From: an uncultured Clostridia bacterium
GTDB taxonomy: Bacteria > Bacillota > Clostridia > Oscillospirales > CAG-272
NCBI GenBank assembly: GCA_947626065.1
Contig: CANQQT010000005.1
Location: 12,252-76,251 of the forward strand
DNA length: 64,000 nucleotides
Direction: 5' to 3'
The notes beneath the pieces are model-generated. The model was not told the origin of the DNA. It was given only the letters and a program-made list of their open reading frames with translations, and did not search any database. Positions 54,790 to 62,021 of this stretch are shown piece after piece (position 1 is the stretch's first letter; every line of letters begins with the position of its first letter). The position numbers and the translations under genes were made by a program.

Positions 54790-57735
54790 TTATCTCGCGC
54801 TCTTCTTTCTCAGGCGCAGGATTCCCAGGCCGGAAACCGTGCCGACAAGGAGAATGGCGACGGGGAGAAGAATGAAGTCTGCGGTCGCGGGGGCCGAGGT
54901 CTTGGTGTTGACAAGCACGTAGGTGCTGAGGTGATCGGTCACAAAGGACACGGTCTTTCCGTCCGCGCTCATCGTCGCCTTCATATCGGTGACGCTTCCG
55001 TCTTCCTCAGCGCGGTAAACCGCGGCCTCCCAGCCATCCGGAACCTTGAGGGTGACTTTGATCTGCCCGTCGGGCTGAACCTCGGCGCCGGTGGTGAGAT
55101 TCTTGAGGGTGACGTCATAAACGGCGGCGTCCTTGAAGGTTTGCTCGGCGGCCTTTTCGACGGCGGCAAGAGCGTCTTTCGCTTCCTGCTTCTCTTCGGT
55201 CACCGGTTCAACCGTCAGAACAACTTCTTCGTCGTAGTCGGCTTTGGGGTCGGTGTATTCCGCAACCGCGCCGCTGGTCTTGTCTTCGTACTTGTCGAGC
55301 TCCACGTAGTTCGGGTCAGCCGCTCCGCAGACGGTGCAGACGCCCTTCTCGAAGGTGTGCGCCGTTTCGGCGGAACGGGTTCCGCAACCGTTTGCGCATT
55401 CGTGCCAATGCTTCTCGGCGTCGCGGCTCCACTCGGTGGTGGCGAAGACGTGCTCGGTCTTCTCGGTTACCCAGCTGTCCTTGTCGATTTCGTTTTCGCC
55501 CTTATCGTCCGCAAAGTATTTTCCGCAATTATCGCAGGTATAATACTTCGTGTTGCCTTCCGCCGTGCAGGTCGCGTCTTTCGCGGCGGTTTCGGTCAGC
55601 TTGTGACCGGTGGCCTTCAGGACGGTGTCCTTCCTGGTCACCTCTTCGGTGCATTCTTCATCGGTATAATACTTGCCGTCGCATTCGCCGTCTTCCGCGG
55701 TGCAGGTCCAATACTCGATGTTGCCGTCTTCGGTGCAGGTCGGATCCTTCTTTTCCACCTTGTTCGGCACATGGGTATGCTTCAGGCGTCTTTCCGGTTT
55801 CACCGCGCCGCAGGCGCATTTCGAAATCTCATATTTGGGGTTGTTCGAGTCTGTTTCCCATACCCACTTATGAGCCTCTTGTTCCGCTACGGTCAGGTCG
55901 CAGGTCTCGCAGGTAACCTTGTGGGTCTCATTGTCTTGATTGTCCGTGAGAATCAGCTTGTCATGCTCTGTTTCGGCGCTCTTGTAGCCGCACGCTTCGC
56001 AGGTCTGATAGTGCGCGGTGTGGTCGTCATTCTGCGCGTATTTAAGGTCGCCCGTATGGTCTGCCTTGACGATCTCTCCGCTGCAGACGGGGCAAACCTT
56101 CCAGTGGTTGGTAGCGTCGCTCTTCCACTCGCCGCTGTCGTCATGATTCTCTGTCACGCTATAACCGCATTCGCAGGTTCCGGTATGTTGCGTCTCGCTG
56201 GTCTTCTCATAGCTCAGAACGTGCGCGGTCTCGTTGATCTTGACTTTGCACAAGGTGCAGAGATTCCAGTGACCGGTTTTATCTTCATAGGTCAGCTTGT
56301 TATCCGAGACATGGTCTTCCAGATCGGTCATATATTGACAAATATCGCAAAGCTGATAATGCTGATCGCCGGCTGGCTTGTAAGTCAGCGTGTGGGTGTC
56401 CTTGTTCATCTCGGTGTGGCATTCTGTACACTCGTTCCAGTGGCTGGTGCCGTCGGTGTGCCATTGGCCATCCGAAGTATGCGGGATCATCTTGATAACG
56501 GTCTCCTCGAAGTTCTCATATTTCTCGGTACCGTCAACGTTCTTGTAGTATACGCCTACACAGTTCGGATCCGCACTACGGCAAACCCAGTACGCCTCAT
56601 TTCCCACTTCCGTACAGGTGGCGTCTTTCTTCTCTACGGCGATCATTTCGTGCTTGTGTACGTAGTTCGTTTGCACAGTGTTATTGCAACCGTCAGTGTT
56701 GAAGCACTTTTCAAGGAACGTGCCGGGCGTTGATGTGTGTCCAAAGAGATTCTTTGAGGAAGTAGTTACGCTTCCACCGCTGATTTTTACGCCATTGATA
56801 AACACATCATGAATATTTTGAGGATTTCCGTACTTCCCAGTCTGTGATTTGTTAAAATCACCTTCACTATCGATATATCCGATAAATCCTCCACACCGGG
56901 GATTAGATGAGAACGGGGTGCTATTATCAATGGTAATTGTCAGGTTATTCACCGTAACATTTGCAAATTTCGCCTGATTAATAATGCCGCAAATTCCACC
57001 CGTCATAGTATTGTGGTCTGATTTAGTAGTAACTTTAATGGTTTCCTGATCCAATGTCAAATTTTTGACGGTTCCACTGGGATCAATATAACCAAAAAAG
57101 CCGACCATATATGCAGTTTTATTTCCATACGAAACATAGCTGCTGTTAATGTCAATGTTCTTGACGAAATGATCCGCTCCATCAAAAGTTCCTTGGAAGG
57201 GCGCACCGTCATAAATGCCGATAGGAATCCACGGCTTGCCTTCAAGGTCGATATCCGCCGTCAGCTTCACCGTCTTTTTTGTGAACCAAAATTTAATGTC
57301 AAAATTAAGCGTTGCCGCATCCTCAGGAATCTCACTGGCAATCTCGTCTTCCTTCACATAAAGTCTACCGGTGTCCGCGTTATAGAGAAAATGATCGGTA
57401 CACTCTGACGGGAGCCTATCCTTACGGAAGTTATCACTTGTATTATTTGGCTTTCCAGAAGCATCAGGTTGCCTCGATGTCCGGGCGCAAGCATTGACGA
57501 GATAAGAGAGCCCCAACAAATCCGCTGGTGTGGAAATCTCGAATTCGCTGGCATCTGGATTATCCAAATACCATTTGATATTCGGCTTTCCGTCCCATGT
57601 TCCCTCCGCTGTCGCATCTACGCTCGGCTCTGCAGAGGTGAGCAACGGGAAGAGGAACAGGCTCGCGGCAGTGGACAAAACCAAAACCGCTGCCAGCAAG
57701 GCGACAATGCCTTTTTTGCCTAACAATCTTTTCAT
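54790..57735 (-). CDS. 981-aa surface protein, paralogue 4: GLUG-motif-like N-terminal domain, a Cys/His-rich mini-module array, and an APATAD-TM-RKKSAR tail
   Basis: Signal peptide present. Contains TADIDLEGKPWIPIG, FQGTFDGADHFVKNIDI and VGFFGYIDPS. Residues 344-804 carry about ten H-x3-C-x2-C-x8-12-H units. AAGGAG RBS. Confidence 0.85.
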   Translation of the reverse strand: MKRLLGKKGIVALLAAVLVLSTAASLFLFPLLTSAEPSVDATAEGTWDGKPNIKWYLDNPDASEFEISTPADLLGLSYLVNACARTSRQPDASGKPNNTSDNFRKDRLPSECTDHFLYNADTGRLYVKEDEIASEIPEDAATLNFDIKFWFTKKTVKLTADIDLEGKPWIPIGIYDGAPFQGTFDGADHFVKNIDINSSYVSYGNKTAYMVGFFGYIDPSGTVKNLTLDQETIKVTTKSDHNTMTGGICGIINQAKFANVTVNNLTITIDNSTPFSSNPRCGGFIGYIDSEGDFNKSQTGKYGNPQNIHDVFINGVKISGGSVTTSSKNLFGHTSTPGTFLEKCFNTDGCNNTVQTNYVHKHEMIAVEKKDATCTEVGNEAYWVCRSADPNCVGVYYKNVDGTEKYENFEETVIKMIPHTSDGQWHTDGTSHWNECTECHTEMNKDTHTLTYKPAGDQHYQLCDICQYMTDLEDHVSDNKLTYEDKTGHWNLCTLCKVKINETAHVLSYEKTSETQHTGTCECGYSVTENHDDSGEWKSDATNHWKVCPVCSGEIVKADHTGDLKYAQNDDHTAHYQTCEACGYKSAETEHDKLILTDNQDNETHKVTCETCDLTVAEQEAHKWVWETDSNNPKYEISKCACGAVKPERRLKHTHVPNKVEKKDPTCTEDGNIEYWTCTAEDGECDGKYYTDEECTEEVTRKDTVLKATGHKLTETAAKDATCTAEGNTKYYTCDNCGKYFADDKGENEIDKDSWVTEKTEHVFATTEWSRDAEKHWHECANGCGTRSAETAHTFEKGVCTVCGAADPNYVELDKYEDKTSGAVAEYTDPKADYDEEVVLTVEPVTEEKQEAKDALAAVEKAAEQTFKDAAVYDVTLKNLTTGAEVQPDGQIKVTLKVPDGWEAAVYRAEEDGSVTDMKATMSADGKTVSFVTDHLSTYVLVNTKTSAPATADFILLPVAILLVGTVSGLGILRLRKKSAR

Positions 57736-57830
57736 GATTTTGCACTCCTTTTTGATTTTAATTTTTCACAGGCTTGGGTCGGTACTCTGCCCCGGCCCGC
57801 GCCTATGTGATTCGGATTTGAGAAAACCGT

Positions 57831-59606
57831 TTATTTCAGAAGAACGGTTCCCGCCTTTTTAATATCCCAGAGCGCCTCCGGGAACATTTCATCGACCCGG
57901 CTCTTCACGCCGCAGTCGGTGTTGTTGAGAAGAACGTCGAGGAAGAGCTTTCCGCTTTCGTCGAAGGAAAGCGCCTTTTTCGGAAGAGCAACCTCGGCAA
58001 GATAGCCCTCGTCGGTATCCTCGTCGCTGTCCAGGGTTCCGTAAACGGCGACCGCCGCAACAAGCCCGGAATCCTTCACTTCTTCGTAATGCACACCGTC
58101 TTCCGCCTTCTTTTCCAGCGTCGCGCGCCCGTCCGCCGTCACCGTCAAACGGTAAACCTGCTTTCCGCCGTCCGCCGAGAGGAGGAGGGACACGTCGTCC
58201 CCTTCCTTCGAGAGGAGGTTGTCGAGGCGTTCGATGAGGAAGTAGTAGTTTTCGGAATCGTGCGCGACTCTTACAGAAGCCTGCGCCTGCGACCGTGCGC
58301 CGACGAAGAGCGCGTCGGTCATCTCCTCCCAGTCGGAGGAATCCCCGTCGACGTTCACCGTTTTGTTTTCGGCGTCGATGCGGTGATTCAGGTAGTAGGT
58401 ATTGAGGAAGAGCGCGTCAAGGGAAGGATCCTTCGAGTGGCGATAGCCGGAAACCGTCATAATGGAATGCGAGGAGAGAAGCTCCAGAGAATCCCAACCG
58501 ACGGCGGATCTTCCGGCGTGATCGACGCGGCCGAAGGTGCGGAAGTTGTGCGCCGTTTCGTCGCCGAGGAAGAGGGTCAGCCCTCCCGCCGACATTGAAA
58601 CCACCGTTTCCCCCGACGGCATCTGCCGGATATAGGGGCCGTAGGAGTTCAGAACCGGCTCGAAAACAAACTTGTCGTCGGGGCCGGCCTCGGTGGGGCC
58701 GAGGGGCTTTGCCCAGTTGTCGTGGGAAACGCCGAGGGAGGTGCGGAAGGCGTCGTTCAGGTGTCTGGTCTCGCAGACGCAGGCGATATCGCCGTTGTTC
58801 AGCTCGACCGCCACCGGCATCTGGTCGTTGAAGATCTTCACGCCGTCCCGCATTCCGAGGTAGGTCTGCATCACGCGGTGGGCCTCATAGGGGGCGCCGG
58901 TGACGCGGGGCGTCCAGGTTTTGCCGTTATCGAAGGAACGCATAATCGCCGAGCCGGAGGAACGGAGCTTCGGATGATAGCCGTACCAATAGCAATAGGG
59001 GGCGATATGGGTGATGTAGCACTGCACTTCCCCGCTCCGAAGCTGGAGGAGGCAGGGTTCCCAGCTGATTCCGGGATAGATGATTTCTTCGTCGCTCCAC
59101 GTAAGGCCGTTGTCCTCCGAACGGATAAGCACCGTTCCGGCGGTTTCAAGGTCGGAGCCGTAGCAACCGTTTTCCCAGAAGGTCGCGGCGACCAGCACCG
59201 TGCCGTTTTGAAGCACGACCGCGTCGGCGGCGGCGTAGCGGCGGGTGTGGCCCTCGTACTTGCCGGGCCGTTCGGCGAAGAGAACCTGCGAGGGACCCCA
59301 CTCCGAAAGGGATTCCCCGATACGGTAGAAGACGTAGGGGCCTTGCGGGCCGTTGTTGAAGGTCATCAGGTATTTCCCGTTGGCCAGCTTCTTGACACGG
59401 GGATAGTAGGGATGGCCGCCCGCGATTTCGCCAACGCGAGGCTCGTACATTTCCCGGCGGTTGAGCATCAGGGTGGAGCTACCCGTTTCCCCGGCGTGGC
59501 TGTCGGGAACCGGCGTTCTTTTGTTCAGCTGAGCGATGGTGTGAAGGCGACCGGCCGGAGCCGATACGCCGTATTTCACGCCGTTTTCATTGGTTGTAAG
59601 ATTCAT
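57831..59606 (-). CDS. Asp-box/BNR sialidase-like protein plus CBM9-like domain, with no signal peptide
   Basis: 591 aa. Asp-boxes are SEDNGLTW and SFDNGKTW. Contains YYPRVKKL. ATG 59606 follows GAGGAA. It aligns with the neighbouring paralogue from that protein's residue ~47 onward. Confidence 0.8.
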   Translation of the reverse strand: MNLTTNENGVKYGVSAPAGRLHTIAQLNKRTPVPDSHAGETGSSTLMLNRREMYEPRVGEIAGGHPYYPRVKKLANGKYLMTFNNGPQGPYVFYRIGESLSEWGPSQVLFAERPGKYEGHTRRYAAADAVVLQNGTVLVAATFWENGCYGSDLETAGTVLIRSEDNGLTWSDEEIIYPGISWEPCLLQLRSGEVQCYITHIAPYCYWYGYHPKLRSSGSAIMRSFDNGKTWTPRVTGAPYEAHRVMQTYLGMRDGVKIFNDQMPVAVELNNGDIACVCETRHLNDAFRTSLGVSHDNWAKPLGPTEAGPDDKFVFEPVLNSYGPYIRQMPSGETVVSMSAGGLTLFLGDETAHNFRTFGRVDHAGRSAVGWDSLELLSSHSIMTVSGYRHSKDPSLDALFLNTYYLNHRIDAENKTVNVDGDSSDWEEMTDALFVGARSQAQASVRVAHDSENYYFLIERLDNLLSKEGDDVSLLLSADGGKQVYRLTVTADGRATLEKKAEDGVHYEEVKDSGLVAAVAVYGTLDSDEDTDEGYLAEVALPKKALSFDESGKLFLDVLLNNTDCGVKSRVDEMFPEALWDIKKAGTVLLK

Positions 59607-59660
59607 AGTTTCCTCGCTGTTTTTTGCTGTCTTGACCGGCCACAGGCGGGAAGCCCGCGC

Positions 59661-60000
59661 CCTTCACACGCACGCGCACGCGTATACGAAGCACGCACGC
59701 GCACGAGGCGCACACGCGGAGCACCACACACACGGGGCGCACTCGTGACACGCGACGCGCACGAAGCACAAGCAACGCACGCACATGAGGCACGCTCGCG
59801 ACACGCACACGAAACACACGCGGCACTATGCACGCGCAAAGCGCACACAACGCACACGCGCATAAAGCGCACACGCGGAGCACCACACACACGGGGCGCA
59901 CGCTTGACACACACGCACGAACTGCACACGCGCACGGGGTACAAATGCGCAACACGGCGCGCGGAATGCACACACGGGACCACCCACGCACAGGGCACAC
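59661..60000. repeat. Low-complexity CACG/GCGCAC-rich tract, T-depleted on the plus strand, with an internal perfect 35-nt direct repeat
   Basis: I counted 17 T in 340 nt. GCGCACACGCGGAGCACCACACACACGGGGCGCAC occurs at both 59708..59742 and 59867..59901. Confidence 0.85.
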
Positions 60001-60034
60001 GCGTTTTCAGGCCCTTTTCCTGCGTTCGGCCTTT

Positions 60035-60066
60035 CCCTTCCCGTCTTGCGGCGGGAAGGGATTTTT
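60035..60066 (+). terminator. Plus-strand-oriented terminator-like hairpin
   Basis: CCCTTCCCG-tcttgcgg-CGGGAAGGG followed by ATTTTT on the plus strand. On the minus strand no U-run follows it. Confidence 0.45.
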
Positions 60067-60128
60067 AAACTTTAAAGAGGGTTGGATTTTTCCGGAAGGG
60101 CCCGTAAAGGGGGACACGGAAAATTTCT

Positions 60129-62021
60129 TTAGTCGAGAACCACCGTTCCGGCTTTGGAAAGGTCGCCGCGATCCTCCGGGAAGACCTTTTCCTTCAGGGC
60201 CGTTTCTCCCTTGTCGACGTTGGAAAGCTCGGCGTTGAGGCGGAGCTTGCCGGAGCCGTCGGAGGTGATTAGGCTCTTCGGAACCGCGATTTCGGCGAGG
60301 TATCCGTCGTCCTTGCCGCGGTTTTCAAAGTTTCCGAAAAGGGTAATGGCGGATTGGATTTCACCGGAAACGGCCTCGTAGCCGTCGCCGACCTTCTTCT
60401 CCAGCGTCACCTTTCCAATCGGATCGATCGTCAGGCGATAAATCGTCGTTCCGGCGTCCGCCGAGAAGAAGAGGGTCATCGTGTCGCCGCTCTCCGAGAG
60501 GTAATCGTCGAGGCGTTCGACAAGGAAGTAAAGGTTGTCGTCGTCATGGCCGACGCGGAGGCTGGCTTGCGCCTGCGTCCGGGAGCCTACGAAGAGGGCG
60601 TCGGTGTTGTCCTTCCAATCGCCGGAGGTTCCGTCCACCTTCACCGCCGATTTCGTGGCGTTGATCCGGTGATTCAGATAATAGGTATTGAGAAGAACCG
60701 CGTACTGCGTTTTGTCGCTTCCGGAGCGGTAGGTAGAAACCGCGAGGAGAGCGTGAGGGTTGAGAACCTCAAGGGAATCCCAACCGCCGGTCTGCAGGCC
60801 GTCGAAGTTCACCTGGCCGATGTTGCGGAAGTTGTGCGCCGTCTCGTCGCCCATGAAGAGCTCCATTCCGCTGGCGCTCATCGAAACCACCGTTTCGCCG
60901 GAAAGCATCTGGCGGATGTAGGGGCCGTAGCAGTTGATGGTGCTCTCGAAGCAGAACTTATCCTCCGGGCCGGCTTCCGTCGCGCCGAGGGGTTTTGCCC
61001 AGTTGTCGTGCGTAACGCCGAGCATGGTGCGGTAGTTTCCCGACAGGTCGATCGACTCGCAGACGCAGGCGATATCGCCGTTGTTCAGCTCGACCGCCAC
61101 CGGCATCTGGTCGTTGAAGATTTTCTTTCCGTCCCGCATCCCGATGTAGGTCTGCATGACGCGGTCGGCCTCATAGGGCGGATCGGTCACGTTCGGCGTC
61201 CAGGTTTCCCCGCCGTCGAAGGAGCGGATGATCGCGGAGCCGGAGGAACGGAGAGACGGATGATAGCCGTACCACACGCAATAGGGGGCGATGTGGGTCA
61301 GGTAGCACTGGATTTCTCCGCTTTTCAGCTGAACGAGGCAAGGCTCCCAGCTGATTCCCTTGTAAATGACTTTCGCCTCGCTCCAGGTCTTGCCGTTGTC
61401 TGTCGACTTCTTCATCACGGTTCCGGAGTTGCCGAAATCGGTGCTGTAGCAGCCGCCTTCCCAATAGGTCGCGGCGACGAGGATCGTGCCGTCCTGAAGC
61501 ACCACCGAATCGGCGGCGGCGTAACGGCGGGTGTGGCCCTCATGGACGCCCGGCTCCTCCTTGAAGAGGATTGCCGGGGAGCTCCAGTTCGAAAGGGAAT
61601 CCCCGATCCGGTAATAGACGTCCGGGCCCTGCGGACCGTCGTTGAAGGTCATCAGGTATTTCCCATTGGCCAACTTCTTGACGCGGGGGTAATAGGGGGT
61701 TCCGATGTTTCCGACCTTCGGTTTCCACGTTTCGCGATTGTTCAGCATCAGGAAGGACGTCGCCGTCTCTCCCGCGTGGCTGTCGGGGGTTCCCTCCGCG
61801 GTGTTGAGCTCGCTGATTTTGTTCAGGTAGCCTTTTTCTTCGGAGGTGTTATAGATGACGCCGTTTTCGTTCACGTCGGTGCCGAGAACGAGGTCGGTGA
61901 CGTCTCCCGACGATTCCCCGCTTCCGCCGCCCCGCGAGCAAGAGGATGCGAGGGGCAGACTCAGCGTCAACGCCGCAAGCACCGCCGCCGAGGTACGGGT
62001 AAGGAAATTACTTTTTGCCAT
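60129..62021 (-). CDS. Lipoprotein: Asp-box/BNR sialidase-like domain plus CBM9-like domain
   Basis: Starts MAKSNFLTRTSAAVLAALTLSLPLASSC (lipobox). Asp-boxes are STDNGKTW and SFDGGETW. The ATG overlaps the upstream stop (TAATG), with a GAGGGAGAAG RBS. Confidence 0.85.
   Translation of the reverse strand: MAKSNFLTRTSAAVLAALTLSLPLASSCSRGGGSGESSGDVTDLVLGTDVNENGVIYNTSEEKGYLNKISELNTAEGTPDSHAGETATSFLMLNNRETWKPKVGNIGTPYYPRVKKLANGKYLMTFNDGPQGPDVYYRIGDSLSNWSSPAILFKEEPGVHEGHTRRYAAADSVVLQDGTILVAATYWEGGCYSTDFGNSGTVMKKSTDNGKTWSEAKVIYKGISWEPCLVQLKSGEIQCYLTHIAPYCVWYGYHPSLRSSGSAIIRSFDGGETWTPNVTDPPYEADRVMQTYIGMRDGKKIFNDQMPVAVELNNGDIACVCESIDLSGNYRTMLGVTHDNWAKPLGATEAGPEDKFCFESTINCYGPYIRQMLSGETVVSMSASGMELFMGDETAHNFRNIGQVNFDGLQTGGWDSLEVLNPHALLAVSTYRSGSDKTQYAVLLNTYYLNHRINATKSAVKVDGTSGDWKDNTDALFVGSRTQAQASLRVGHDDDNLYFLVERLDDYLSESGDTMTLFFSADAGTTIYRLTIDPIGKVTLEKKVGDGYEAVSGEIQSAITLFGNFENRGKDDGYLAEIAVPKSLITSDGSGKLRLNAELSNVDKGETALKEKVFPEDRGDLSKAGTVVLD

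Noticed and set aside
59587-60000. Cys-rich minus-strand ORFs (137 and 131 aa, e.g. ...CALCACALCALCAC...) as possible peptide (RiPP-like) genes.
   Set aside because: All three frames on both strands are open across this tract simply because the sequence is built from CACG/GCGC blocks and lacks stop-forming triplets. There is no RBS, one of these ORFs overlaps the start of the downstream gene, and the composition is purely low-complexity.
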